In this document: positions 29,521-40,091 of the stretch, one piece after another | Layout: the number at the start of each line of letters is the position of its first letter | Position numbering within the stretch: the first letter of the stretch is position 1 | Origin: an uncultured Candidatus Actinomarinales bacterium | GTDB lineage: Bacteria > Actinomycetota > Acidimicrobiia > Actinomarinales > Actinomarinaceae | NCBI GenBank assembly: GCA_963979435.1 | Contig: CAXBVE010000001.1 | Coordinates: forward strand, 65,420-129,419 | DNA length: 64,000 bases | Direction of reading: 5' to 3' | Notes under the pieces: generated by a model | Databases searched by the model: none | Told to the model about the DNA's origin: nothing | What the model saw: only the letters and a program-made list of their open reading frames with translations | Position numbers and translations under genes: made by a program

Positions 29521-30798
29521 ATGACAGATAATCAAGAGAAGGTAATTGAACCTTCAAACGTTGTTGAACTCCCAGACGACATCAAACCTGAAGATTTCCC
29601 AGATTTACTAGAAAAAACTCTAATAACATTTAATGATGGTGACGTTATTGAAGGAACTATTGTTCGCATCGATCGAAATGAAGTTATGGTAGATGTGGGT
29701 TACAAATCAGAAGGAGTTATACCATCCAGAGAATTATCAGTTCGAAAATCAGTAAACCCTAAAGATCTTGTAAATGAAGGCGACAAGATTCAAGCTCTTG
29801 TACTAGATAAGGAAGATGATGAAGGAAGACTTATTCTTTCTGTTAAAAGGGCTATTTATGAAAAAGCCTGGGGGGATATTCAAGAAATCTCAGATAATGA
29901 CAAATCTGTCAAAGGGACAGTAATTGAAAGTGTAAAAGGTGGTTTAATTGTAGACATTGGTGTAAGAGGTTTTCTTCCCGCTTCCTTAATTGATGTAAGG
30001 AGAGTAAAGGAATTAACTTCTTATATTGGTGAAGAGATAGAAGCCAAAATTTTAGAACTAGATCGTCAAAGAAATAACATCGTACTTTCAAGAAAAGCTC
30101 ACTTAGAGCAAGAACAATCGGGAGAAAGAAAGAGTTTCTTAGAAAATTTAGAAGTTGGAAATATTAAAGAAGGTAAGATATCTTCAATTGTTAATTTTGG
30201 AGCATTCGTTGACATTGGTGGTATGGATGGCCTAGTTCATGTTTCAGAATTATCATGGAGACATGTAGAGAATCCGAATGAAGTCGTAAAAGTTGGAGAT
30301 ACCGTTACTGTAAAAGTTCTTGAAATAGACAACGACAAAGAAAGAATATCATTATCTATTAAACAAGTAACAGAAGATCCATGGGCAGATTTTGAATTAC
30401 AATACAAACAAGATGACATTGTTGATGGCGAAGTTACCAAAGTAGTACCGTTCGGTGCATTTGTCACTATCGGAAAAGGTGTAGAGGGACTAGTTCACGT
30501 TTCAGAGATTTCAGTTGATAAAGTCGATTCTCCAGAATTAGCACTCGCTATAGGGCAAAAAGTCAAAATTAAAATTACTGAACTTGATATACCTAAAAGG
30601 AGAGTTAATCTTTCAATCAAACAAGCTGATCCGAATTGGAAAGATGTGGAAGAAAAGAAAAATGCTCCTAAAACTCACTCATCACAATCTGAGGAAAAAC
30701 AAGAACAAAAACAAGAACGTCAAACTGTTGAAGGTATAGATGAGTCTTTAGAGAATATTCTTCAGGAACTCAAAGAAAGAGGAATAGGAAACTCCTAA
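29521..30798 (+). CDS. rpsA: 30S ribosomal protein S1
   Basis: Four or more S1 repeats (GxV...VHVSE motifs). Conserved polA-rpsA-coaE order. Confidence 0.95.
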   Translation: MTDNQEKVIEPSNVVELPDDIKPEDFPDLLEKTLITFNDGDVIEGTIVRIDRNEVMVDVGYKSEGVIPSRELSVRKSVNPKDLVNEGDKIQALVLDKEDDEGRLILSVKRAIYEKAWGDIQEISDNDKSVKGTVIESVKGGLIVDIGVRGFLPASLIDVRRVKELTSYIGEEIEAKILELDRQRNNIVLSRKAHLEQEQSGERKSFLENLEVGNIKEGKISSIVNFGAFVDIGGMDGLVHVSELSWRHVENPNEVVKVGDTVTVKVLEIDNDKERISLSIKQVTEDPWADFELQYKQDDIVDGEVTKVVPFGAFVTIGKGVEGLVHVSEISVDKVDSPELALAIGQKVKIKITELDIPKRRVNLSIKQADPNWKDVEEKKNAPKTHSSQSEEKQEQKQERQTVEGIDESLENILQELKERGIGNS

Positions 30799-30828
30799 TA
30801 GTTCCTAATATTCTTTATCCTTAAGCAT

Positions 30829-31389
30829 ATGGATTCAAGAGTAACAATTATTACAGGCCCAATAGGAAGTGGGAAGTCCACTGCTTGTGAATATTTAGCG
30901 AACAAAAACTTTAAAACAATTGATTTAGATCAAATTTCAAACGAAATCTTACAAAGTCAAGATTCTTTACCATTTTTAAAAGAAGAGTTCAGCAATTGTG
31001 TAAAAGGAAATACTGTTGATAGACAATTATTAGCAGATATTGTTTTTACAAATTCTGAAAAACTTAGATTACTAGAAAACTTTTTACATCCTTTAGTAAC
31101 GGAACGAGTATTAGTAGTAATACAGGAAACCAAAGAACACTTATTCATAGAGGCTTCAGCCCCTAAAAATATTTCTAAACTTTATCCTACTGTTGTTATT
31201 TTTGCTGACGAACAAACTCGTAGAAACAGACTTAAAAAAAGAGGTATGTCATTAACTGATATAGACAATCGAATCAAAACTCAACAAGATGAATCTTGGT
31301 GGAAATCACTTGGGTTGGTGATAGAAAATACTTCAGTTAAAGAATTACAAGCACAACTAGATAATTTCTTTGATTCGAAAAATGAATAA
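30829..31389 (+). CDS. coaE: Dephospho-CoA kinase
   Basis: P-loop ITGPIGSGKST. About 190 aa. Lies between rpsA and uvrB. Confidence 0.8.
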   Translation: MDSRVTIITGPIGSGKSTACEYLANKNFKTIDLDQISNEILQSQDSLPFLKEEFSNCVKGNTVDRQLLADIVFTNSEKLRLLENFLHPLVTERVLVVIQETKEHLFIEASAPKNISKLYPTVVIFADEQTRRNRLKKRGMSLTDIDNRIKTQQDESWWKSLGLVIENTSVKELQAQLDNFFDSKNE

Positions 31390-33379
31390 GTTTAAAGTAA
31401 TATCTGACTTTACACCACAAGGAGATCAGCCAAAAGCAATACAAAATCTAAAAAATGGTGTTACAAATGGATTAGATTACCAAACGTTAATGGGTATTAC
31501 AGGTTCTGGAAAGTCAGCAACAATAGCATGGCTTATTGAAGAGTTGCAAATGCCCTCCCTTGTACTCGCACCAAATAAAGCGTTAGCTGCTCAACTAGCA
31601 AATGAGTTTAAGCAATTTTTTCCAGAAAATAGGGTTGAATATTTTGTATCATATTACGATTACTATCAACCTGAAGCTTATGTTCCAAGGACCGATACTT
31701 TTATAGAAAAAGATTCAAATATAAATGAAGAGATCGACAGATTAAGACATTCAGCCACAAGTGCATTGCTACTAAGAAAAGACGTCATTGTAGTTTCATC
31801 AGTATCTTGTATATATGGTCTGGGTTCTCCCCAAGAGTATAAAAATAAAATTATACCTCTTTTTAAGGGTGAAGAATTTGAGCTTGACCAACTATTAGAA
31901 GAACTTATTCGACAACAGTACGTAAGAAATGATCTTGTAGTCACAAGAGGAACATTTAGGCTTAAAGGTGACACACTAGACATATTCCCTGTGTATGAGG
32001 AAACAATTTTTAGAGTTGAATATTTTGGTGATACAATTGAGAATATTCTGAGAATAGATCCTGTTACTGGTGAAATATTAGAAAAACTTACAGAACTTGC
32101 AATTCTTCCAGCTTCACATTACGTAACATCTGAGGATGTCATGAACAATGCTTTAAATCAAATTGAAAAAGATATGAATAAACAGATTAAAAAGTTTGAA
32201 AAACAGGATAAATTATTAGAGGCTCAAAGAATTAAACAAAGAACTATGTTTGATTTGGAGATGTTGAGAGAGTTAGGGGTGTGTTCAGGAATAGAAAATT
32301 ATTCCAGATATTTTGATGGAAGAAAACCAGGAGACCCACCGTATACGCTACTAGATTTTTTTCAAGAAGAATTTTTAATGGTTGTAGATGAGAGCCATAT
32401 TGCTATACCTCAAATAAGGGGACAATTTGCAGGTGATAAATCTAGGAAGACAACATTAGTTGATTATGGTTTTAGACTCCCAGCTGCTTTAGATAATAGA
32501 CCTTTAAAATTTGAAGAATGGCAAGGAAAAATTAAAAATACCGTACTTGTATCAGCTACCCCAGGTAAGTGGGAAAATGCAAATTCAAGTAACTTTGTGG
32601 AGCAAATTATTAGACCAACAGGACTAATTGATCCAAATATTATTATTAGGCCAACTGAAAATCAAATTGAGGATTTGTTAAAAGAAATTAAACAAGTTAT
32701 TGATAAAGGAAATAGGGTTTTAGTGACAACTTTAACAAAAAAAATGAGTGAAGCTTTAAGTGATTATTTTTTAAAGATGGGAATTAAGACTAGGTATCTT
32801 CATTCAGATATAGATACCCTTGAAAGAATAGAAATACTGCGTGATTTAAGGAAAGGTGAGTTTGATGTCTTAGTTGGAATAAACCTCTTACGTGAGGGAT
32901 TAGATTTACCAGAAGTGGAACTGGTAGCAATTATGGATGCGGATAAAGAAGGATTCTTAAGATCAGAAACAAGCCTTATACAAACAATAGGTAGAGCTGC
33001 TCGTAATAAGGATGGGTACGTAATTATGTATGCTGACAGAAAGACTGACTCAATTGCAAAATCAGTTTATGAAACTGATCGAAGAAGGGAAATCCAAATT
33101 GCTCATAACAAAAAATACGGTATTACTCCTACGACAATATCAAAAGAGATAACTGACATTCTCGAAATGGTTGAAAAAAATAGGCCATCTAGGGATGATA
33201 TGGATTTCAAATCAAATATAGATTTGAGTAATGCCTCAAAGCAAGATTTATACAAAATCTCGAAAAATATTGAAAAGGAAATGAAGGTTGCCGCTGATTT
33301 ATTAGAGTTTGAATTAGCTGCTAGATTAAGGGACGAACTTAAAGAGATTAAAAAAGAAATTATGGAGTTACCAAGCTAA
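31382..33379 (+). CDS. uvrB: Excinuclease ABC subunit B
   Basis: Walker A GITGSGKS, helicase motifs, C-terminal UVR domain (ELAARLRDELKEIK). Start ATG 31382 (8-nt overlap with coaE). Confidence 0.95.
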   Translation: MNKFKVISDFTPQGDQPKAIQNLKNGVTNGLDYQTLMGITGSGKSATIAWLIEELQMPSLVLAPNKALAAQLANEFKQFFPENRVEYFVSYYDYYQPEAYVPRTDTFIEKDSNINEEIDRLRHSATSALLLRKDVIVVSSVSCIYGLGSPQEYKNKIIPLFKGEEFELDQLLEELIRQQYVRNDLVVTRGTFRLKGDTLDIFPVYEETIFRVEYFGDTIENILRIDPVTGEILEKLTELAILPASHYVTSEDVMNNALNQIEKDMNKQIKKFEKQDKLLEAQRIKQRTMFDLEMLRELGVCSGIENYSRYFDGRKPGDPPYTLLDFFQEEFLMVVDESHIAIPQIRGQFAGDKSRKTTLVDYGFRLPAALDNRPLKFEEWQGKIKNTVLVSATPGKWENANSSNFVEQIIRPTGLIDPNIIIRPTENQIEDLLKEIKQVIDKGNRVLVTTLTKKMSEALSDYFLKMGIKTRYLHSDIDTLERIEILRDLRKGEFDVLVGINLLREGLDLPEVELVAIMDADKEGFLRSETSLIQTIGRAARNKDGYVIMYADRKTDSIAKSVYETDRRREIQIAHNKKYGITPTTISKEITDILEMVEKNRPSRDDMDFKSNIDLSNASKQDLYKISKNIEKEMKVAADLLEFELAARLRDELKEIKKEIMELPS

Positions 33380-36189
33380 TGTCTCAAGATTATTTAAAAG
33401 TAAAAGGCGCAAAAGAACATAACTTAAAAAATATTTCACTCGATATTCCAAAAAATAAATTCGTAGTAATCACTGGTCTGTCAGGATCGGGCAAATCTTC
33501 ACTTGCTTTTGATACAATATATGCAGAAGGACAGCGTAGGTATGTTGAAAGTTTATCGGCTTATGCTCGACAATTTTTAGGCCAAATGGAAAAACCAGAT
33601 GTTGAAAGTATTGAGGGATTGTCACCTGCAATAGCTATCGACCAAAAAACGTCTTCAAGAAGCCCAAGATCAACAGTAGGCACAGTCACAGAAGTTCACG
33701 ACTATCTTCGTTTACTCTGGGCGAGAATTGGTATATCCTACTGTCCAATATGTGGTTCTAAAATTGAAAAACAGTCAGTAGATTTTATTGTAAATCAAGT
33801 TATGTCCCTTGGTGAAAACGTTGATATAGAAATTCTAGCTCCAGTAGTTAAATCCAGAAAGGGTGAGTTTGAATCACTTTTTAAGGATTTATTAAAAGAT
33901 GGATTTACAAGAGCTTATATAGACGGAGAACTAATAAGACTTGATGAGGCAAAGAGACTTGATAAATATTTCAATCATGACATATCTGTTCTTGTTGATA
34001 GAGTGAAAATCAAAAAAACACCAGGAAGACGATTACCTCAATCTATTGAAACAGCATTAAAGCTTACTGGTGGAACTCTTGATATAAGATTTAATGAAAA
34101 TATTCAGAATTATAGTCAAAATCTAGGATGCCTAGAGTGTGGAACTTCTTATGACAAACTTGAGCCACGAGACTTTTCATTCAACTCACCTTTTGGTGCT
34201 TGTAATACTTGTAATGGGCTTGGAATAAATTATGAGATTGATGAAAAACTATTGATTAAAAATAGAGAATTAAGCATAGGTGAAAATGTATTTCCCGATA
34301 TGTCTACCAGAAAGTACTTTAGAGCACAGATTTACGGGGTCTGTGAATTTTTTGAGATACCAATGGATATTTCTTATAAAGATTTATCCGAAAACGATAA
34401 ACATATATTATTAAATGGAAGTGACGGAATTAAGACTCCTATTAGATACACAAATAGATTTGGTAATTCAAGAACTTGGGAGAGACCCTATCCTGGAATA
34501 ATCCCAATGTTTAAAAGACTTTACGAAGAAACTACATCAGACCATGCACGTGACTACTACATGCAATTTATGCGTGAACTTCCATGTGGTGGTTGCGAAG
34601 GTGAGAGACTTAATGAACGTTCAAGGATGGTGCAGGTAAAGTCACTAACGTTAGGACAGTTCAATAAACTATCAATAACCAGGGCTTATGAGGTTATTGA
34701 TAAATTGAAACTCACCGGAAACTCTAAAGAGATTGCAGAAGCTATTCTTAGAGAAATAAAAGAAAGACTTAATTTTTTAAACGAAGTAGGACTTGGTTAT
34801 CTTCAATTAAATCGTGGAGCAGCAACACTATCAGGTGGAGAAGCTCAAAGAATTAGATTAGCCACACAAATTGGCTCAGGTTTGACTGGAGTCTTATATG
34901 TTTTAGACGAGCCTTCCATAGGTTTACACCAATCGGATAATAACAAATTAATAGAAACATTAATACGGCTGAGAAATCTAGGTAATACTGTACTAGTAGT
35001 GGAGCATGATGAAGAAACCATGAAGCAATCAGATCACCTAATTGATATTGGCTGGGGAGCTGGCGAACAAGGTGGCAATATTGTCGCATCTGGAACATGG
35101 GAAGAGGTTGCTCAAGTAAAGAAATCTATCACAGGTAGATACCTTTCTGGAAAAGTTAAAGTTCCATATCCGAAAGTAAGAAGGCAAGGAAACAAGTCAA
35201 AAATTGTTTTAAGAGGCGCCCAAGAAAATAATTTAAAAAATCTTACAGTTGAGTTTCCCCTTGGTAAATTTATTTCCGTTACGGGAGTATCCGGAAGTGG
35301 CAAATCGACACTTGTAACCGAAATTTTATCTAAGGCTATTCAAAATGAATTTACAAGAAAGAATTGGATACCTCCTGGTATACATAAAAGTATCTCAGGA
35401 TTAAATTACCTAGATAAGTTAATTGAAATAGATCAATCACCAATTGGACGAACACCTCGATCAAACCCAGCTACTTATTCGGGTGTCTTCGATATGATTC
35501 GTAAATTATATTCTATGACTGAAGAATCTAAAATTAGAGGATATAAACCAGGTAGATTCTCTTTTAATGTACCTGGTGGTAGGTGTGAAGTATGTAGAGG
35601 TGACGGCACTATTAAAGTTGAAATGTATTTCTTACCTGATGTATATGTTAAATGTGAAGACTGTGATGGCTCAAGATACAATCCAGAAACATTGAGTATT
35701 AAATGGAAAGGCTACAGTATTGCTGATATTCTTAACTCAACTATTGAAAATTCATTGAAAATATTTGAAAATCAGCCCTCAATTTTTAAAATAATCAAAA
35801 CATTAGATGATGTTGGGCTTTCTTATATTACCTTAGGTCAAGCAGCTACAACACTTTCTGGGGGAGAAGCTCAAAGAGTTAAGCTTGCTAAGGAGTTAAG
35901 CAAACGTTCTACAGGTCAAACAATGTATATTCTCGATGAACCCACAACAGGCCTTCACTTTGCAGACGTCCAAAAATTACTTGAAGTATTGCATATGCTG
36001 GTCGACAAGGGCAATACAGTAGTAGTTATTGAGCATAATCTTGATGTAGTCAAAAACTCTGATTGGGTAATTGACCTCGGTCCTGAGGGGGGCGAGAATG
36101 GTGGCAAGATTGTAGCTTCTGGAACGCCTGAAAGCATTGTTAGAGATAAGAATTCACTCACTGGTAAATATTTAAAATCTTTGCTTTAA
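33379..36189 (+). CDS. uvrA: Excinuclease ABC subunit A
   Basis: Two ABC ATPase modules (GLSGSGKSS, GVSGSGKST; LSGGEAQR twice) and zinc-finger cysteines. Confidence 0.95.
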   Translation: MSQDYLKVKGAKEHNLKNISLDIPKNKFVVITGLSGSGKSSLAFDTIYAEGQRRYVESLSAYARQFLGQMEKPDVESIEGLSPAIAIDQKTSSRSPRSTVGTVTEVHDYLRLLWARIGISYCPICGSKIEKQSVDFIVNQVMSLGENVDIEILAPVVKSRKGEFESLFKDLLKDGFTRAYIDGELIRLDEAKRLDKYFNHDISVLVDRVKIKKTPGRRLPQSIETALKLTGGTLDIRFNENIQNYSQNLGCLECGTSYDKLEPRDFSFNSPFGACNTCNGLGINYEIDEKLLIKNRELSIGENVFPDMSTRKYFRAQIYGVCEFFEIPMDISYKDLSENDKHILLNGSDGIKTPIRYTNRFGNSRTWERPYPGIIPMFKRLYEETTSDHARDYYMQFMRELPCGGCEGERLNERSRMVQVKSLTLGQFNKLSITRAYEVIDKLKLTGNSKEIAEAILREIKERLNFLNEVGLGYLQLNRGAATLSGGEAQRIRLATQIGSGLTGVLYVLDEPSIGLHQSDNNKLIETLIRLRNLGNTVLVVEHDEETMKQSDHLIDIGWGAGEQGGNIVASGTWEEVAQVKKSITGRYLSGKVKVPYPKVRRQGNKSKIVLRGAQENNLKNLTVEFPLGKFISVTGVSGSGKSTLVTEILSKAIQNEFTRKNWIPPGIHKSISGLNYLDKLIEIDQSPIGRTPRSNPATYSGVFDMIRKLYSMTEESKIRGYKPGRFSFNVPGGRCEVCRGDGTIKVEMYFLPDVYVKCEDCDGSRYNPETLSIKWKGYSIADILNSTIENSLKIFENQPSIFKIIKTLDDVGLSYITLGQAATTLSGGEAQRVKLAKELSKRSTGQTMYILDEPTTGLHFADVQKLLEVLHMLVDKGNTVVVIEHNLDVVKNSDWVIDLGPEGGENGGKIVASGTPESIVRDKNSLTGKYLKSLL

Positions 36190-37998
36190 ATGGATAAAAT
36201 AAAAACAAATGAGATTCCAGAAAATCCTGGCATATATATATTTAAAGATAAATATAATGACCCACTTTATGTAGGTAAAGCAAAAAATCTTCGTAAAAGA
36301 GTGCCTTCCTACTTTCGTGAGAACTCAACTTGGAAGATAAAAAGATTAACTTCAGAGGCAACTCAAATAAGTTTTGTTACTTCAAAAAATGAAGCGGATG
36401 CATTATTGGCTGAATATTCTTTCATTCAGCAATACAAGCCGAAATATAATGTTCGACTGAAAGATGATAAATCCTATCCTTATGTAACACTCACAAATGA
36501 TGATTGGCCAAGGGCTTATGTTTCTAGAAAAATTAATTCAAATAATATTAACTTTGGACCTTTCCCATTTATTGGCGCTGCAAGAAGATCTTTAGATCAT
36601 TTAATTAATATATTCCCTGTAAGAACTTGTACTAAAAATGTCTTTGAAAGACATCAAAAACTAAATAAACCATGTTTGCTCTATGATATAAAAAAATGTG
36701 CTGGACCATGTATAGATGCAGTTCCACGTAATGAATATAAAGAAATGTTGAATAACATTGAAAATTTCTATTCTGGGAAATCAGATGTATACGTGAATGA
36801 TAAAGTATCAGATATGAAAAAATATTCCTCTAATCAGGAATATGAAAAAGCTAATGAAGCTAAAAAGTTAATAGAGCATCTAGAAAATGCACGTTCAACT
36901 CAAACATTAATGGTATCAAACACTAAATCTGTTGATGTTATAGGTATAGATGTAAGCAATTTGGACGTAGTTATATCTTGTTTGTTGATACGAAACGGAA
37001 GAATTATTGGGGAAGTTAAGAAAACATTTGAACCTATAGATACAAAAAAACATGATGAATACTTACCTCAGATTATCTTATCAATATTTTCTGAAAATCA
37101 ACCATCTGAGGAAATCCTTGTTAGCCACAGTTTTCCGTATATAGATCTCATTCAAGAACAACTGACACACAAATGGGGTCGCAAAATTGTATTAAAAACT
37201 CCCAAGCAGGGATGGAAAAAGGAACTCTTAGACACGGCAATTATTGACGCAAAAGAGTTACGTAGAGTTGTTAATTTTAGGAGAAGGACAGATTTAGAAT
37301 TTAGATCAAGATCTTTAGAACAGTTAAAAAATAAATTAGGTTTGAAGAATATTCCTTACCGCATAGAAGCCTACGATATTTCAAATTTAGGGCCTGATTA
37401 TAGAGTCGGCTCAATGGTTGTAATGGAGGATGGTTTATCAAAACCATCAATGTATAGAAAATTTCACATCAAATCATTTCAAGGACAGGATGATTTTAAA
37501 TCAATGGAGGAAGTTTTATTTAGAAGACTTAAAAGGTTAACAAAGAATACAGAAAACGATCCAAGTTTCAGAAGAAAACCAGATTTAATATTAATTGATG
37601 GGGGAAAGGGACAACTATCATCTGCCAAGGGCGTAATAGATCATCTTCAATTGGATATTGATATTGTTGGTCTAGCAAAAAGAGAAGAGGAAATTTTTAA
37701 ACCATTTAAAAAAGAATCAATTATGTTAAATAAAAACTCCGAAGCCCTTTTTACATTGCAAAATATTAGAGATGAAGCACATAGATTTGCAATTAACGAA
37801 AATCGAAGATTAAGAATAAAGAACTTTGATAAACAAACACTACTAACCATTGAAGGGGTTGGAACCATCTCTTCAAAAAAAGTATTAGATAAATTTAAAA
37901 CTATTGAAAAACTTTCTAAGGCTACTTATCAAGACTTAGAGGAAATAGTTAGCCCTAACATAGCAAGAAAGATCTATACACACTTTAATGGCTTATAG
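36190..37998 (+). CDS. uvrC: Excinuclease ABC subunit C
   Basis: GIY-YIG N-terminus (PGIYIFKDKYNDPLYVGKAKNLRKR). 602 aa. C-terminal HhH region. Confidence 0.9.
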   Translation: MDKIKTNEIPENPGIYIFKDKYNDPLYVGKAKNLRKRVPSYFRENSTWKIKRLTSEATQISFVTSKNEADALLAEYSFIQQYKPKYNVRLKDDKSYPYVTLTNDDWPRAYVSRKINSNNINFGPFPFIGAARRSLDHLINIFPVRTCTKNVFERHQKLNKPCLLYDIKKCAGPCIDAVPRNEYKEMLNNIENFYSGKSDVYVNDKVSDMKKYSSNQEYEKANEAKKLIEHLENARSTQTLMVSNTKSVDVIGIDVSNLDVVISCLLIRNGRIIGEVKKTFEPIDTKKHDEYLPQIILSIFSENQPSEEILVSHSFPYIDLIQEQLTHKWGRKIVLKTPKQGWKKELLDTAIIDAKELRRVVNFRRRTDLEFRSRSLEQLKNKLGLKNIPYRIEAYDISNLGPDYRVGSMVVMEDGLSKPSMYRKFHIKSFQGQDDFKSMEEVLFRRLKRLTKNTENDPSFRRKPDLILIDGGKGQLSSAKGVIDHLQLDIDIVGLAKREEEIFKPFKKESIMLNKNSEALFTLQNIRDEAHRFAINENRRLRIKNFDKQTLLTIEGVGTISSKKVLDKFKTIEKLSKATYQDLEEIVSPNIARKIYTHFNGL

Positions 37999-38066
37999 AG
38001 AATTACCCTATTAAAAATGCCTTCCATCTCATTACATCGCAACTACAATATCTTTGAAAGGTAAAA

Positions 38067-38930
38067 ATGGTTTCTAAAAGACCCGAAGTTTTGTTACTGG
38101 TAGGTATGTCTGGTGCCGGTCGTTCTGCTAGCTCTAATGTCTTTGAAGACCTTGGGTATTATGTTATTGAAAACTTACCACCTGAGTTGGTTGAGTCTGT
38201 TGTTGAATCTAATGATGTTGCTGAATCAAATAAACAACTTGTTCTAACAATTGATGCTAGAGATGGGACAGCACAAGAAGCACTTAACAAAAGTCTTGAA
38301 AGGTTAAGTCAATCAGGTGTTTTGACAAGAGTAATATTTTTAGATGCAAATAATGAAACCCTCATAGAGCGTTATGAGGAGAATAGAAGACCTCATCCGA
38401 TGGGTCTAGATTCATTATCTCAATCAGTAAAAAATGAAAGAGATCAATTAAAGCCTATAAAAGAACTTGCTGACTTAGTTATAGATACTACAGACATGAA
38501 CGTACATGAACTAAGAAAAAGAATTATTGAGGGATTCCAGGGTGAAGCAACAAATCAAGATCTAAAGATATCCGTTACATCATTTGGATTTAAAAATGGT
38601 GCACCCAGGGATGCAGACATTGTATTAGATGTAAGGTTTTTACCAAACCCTCATTGGAGAGAGGAATTACGTTCTTCTACTGGGCAATCTCCAATGGTGA
38701 GAAATTATGTACTGTCGTTCGAAGATGCAGAAATCTTTCTTGAGAAGACAAAAGACTTAATTGATTTTTTGTTACCTAGATTCACATCTGAAGGAAAATC
38801 TTATGTAGGTATAGCAATAGGCTGTACTGGTGGAAAGCATCGAAGTGTTGTGATGACAGAAGAAGTTGGCGGTTGGTTGATTAACGCAGGTAAAGATGCA
38901 GTGATTCTACACCGAGATATGAAAGAATAG
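38067..38930 (+). CDS. rapZ: RNase adapter protein RapZ (YvcJ) P-loop NTPase
   Basis: Walker A GMSGAGRS. About 287 aa. Conserved position after uvrC. Confidence 0.8.
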   Translation: MVSKRPEVLLLVGMSGAGRSASSNVFEDLGYYVIENLPPELVESVVESNDVAESNKQLVLTIDARDGTAQEALNKSLERLSQSGVLTRVIFLDANNETLIERYEENRRPHPMGLDSLSQSVKNERDQLKPIKELADLVIDTTDMNVHELRKRIIEGFQGEATNQDLKISVTSFGFKNGAPRDADIVLDVRFLPNPHWREELRSSTGQSPMVRNYVLSFEDAEIFLEKTKDLIDFLLPRFTSEGKSYVGIAIGCTGGKHRSVVMTEEVGGWLINAGKDAVILHRDMKE

Positions 38931-38932
38931 TA

Positions 38933-40087
38933 TTGTCTTCCGGATTAAAACTTGGCAATACCCTCATACGAGCTGATCTAAATGTTCCTATCCATGAAAA
39001 GGTTGTCAAAGATAATTTTAGAATTATTAAGGCTATTGAGTATTTAGTAGATCTTCGTAAAATTTCAAAATCTGTAACATTTCTCAGTCATCTTGGACGG
39101 CCAGAGGGAATAAATCTTGACTATTCTCTTAAACCTGTGGCAGAGGAAATGTCATTATTGTTGAACGAGGAAGTCCTGTTTATTAACTCTCTTCATGGTC
39201 CAGAGGTTAAGAATCATATTGATGAAAATCCTGGGAAGGTTTTTCTTCTGGAGAATCTAAGATTTCACGACGAAGAAGCAGAAAATAATTTAAATTTTGC
39301 CAAAAAAGTAACGGAAAACTTTGACTCATTTATTTTAGATGCTTTTGGAGCAGCACACAGAAATCATGCATCTATAGTTTCTTTTGGCAATTTTTTAGAA
39401 GCATACCAAGGAAAGTTAATGACAAATGAAGTCAACAACCTAGAACTACTCACAAATTCACCTAAAAAGCCATTCTCAGTAATCCTTGGTGGTGCAAAGA
39501 TATCTGATAAGTTACAGTTGATCAATAATCTTTTGCCGAATGTTGACAATCTTCTTATAGGTGGCGGCATGTGTTTTACATTCCTAAAAGCACTTGGTAA
39601 CAATATTGGGAAATCTCTGTATGAAGAGGACTATCTACAGGAAGCTAAAGAGTTGCTTGATTCAGATAATGGTAAGAAGATACATCTACCAACAGATTTT
39701 GGAGTAACTAAATCTATAGATTCAGGGATAAGATTAGATAAAGAAATTTCTGAGTTTTCAGATGATGACATAGGCGTTGACATATCAGAAAGAACGGTGA
39801 AAGAATTTGCATCAATATTAGTTACTTCTAATACTGTATTTTGGAATGGTCCAATGGGTATTTTTGAAGTTGATAATTTTAAATTAGGTACACAATCGAT
39901 AACTGAAATCGTTTCAAATTTAGAAGCTTACACTGTTGTGGGCGGGGGAGATTCTGTTAGCGCAATAAGAATTTTTTCCGATCTTTCAAAATTTAATCAT
40001 ATATCTACTGGAGGTGGAGCATCACTTAAATATTTACAAGGCAATGAATTGCCCGGTGTAAATATCTACAAACCCCTTATACTTTGA
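38933..40087 (+). CDS. pgk: Phosphoglycerate kinase
   Basis: N-terminal RADLNVP. Conserved C-terminal region. Apparent TTG start 3 nt after the rapZ stop. Confidence 0.85.
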   Translation: MSSGLKLGNTLIRADLNVPIHEKVVKDNFRIIKAIEYLVDLRKISKSVTFLSHLGRPEGINLDYSLKPVAEEMSLLLNEEVLFINSLHGPEVKNHIDENPGKVFLLENLRFHDEEAENNLNFAKKVTENFDSFILDAFGAAHRNHASIVSFGNFLEAYQGKLMTNEVNNLELLTNSPKKPFSVILGGAKISDKLQLINNLLPNVDNLLIGGGMCFTFLKALGNNIGKSLYEEDYLQEAKELLDSDNGKKIHLPTDFGVTKSIDSGIRLDKEISEFSDDDIGVDISERTVKEFASILVTSNTVFWNGPMGIFEVDNFKLGTQSITEIVSNLEAYTVVGGGDSVSAIRIFSDLSKFNHISTGGGASLKYLQGNELPGVNIYKPLIL

Positions 40088-40091
40088 AAAT

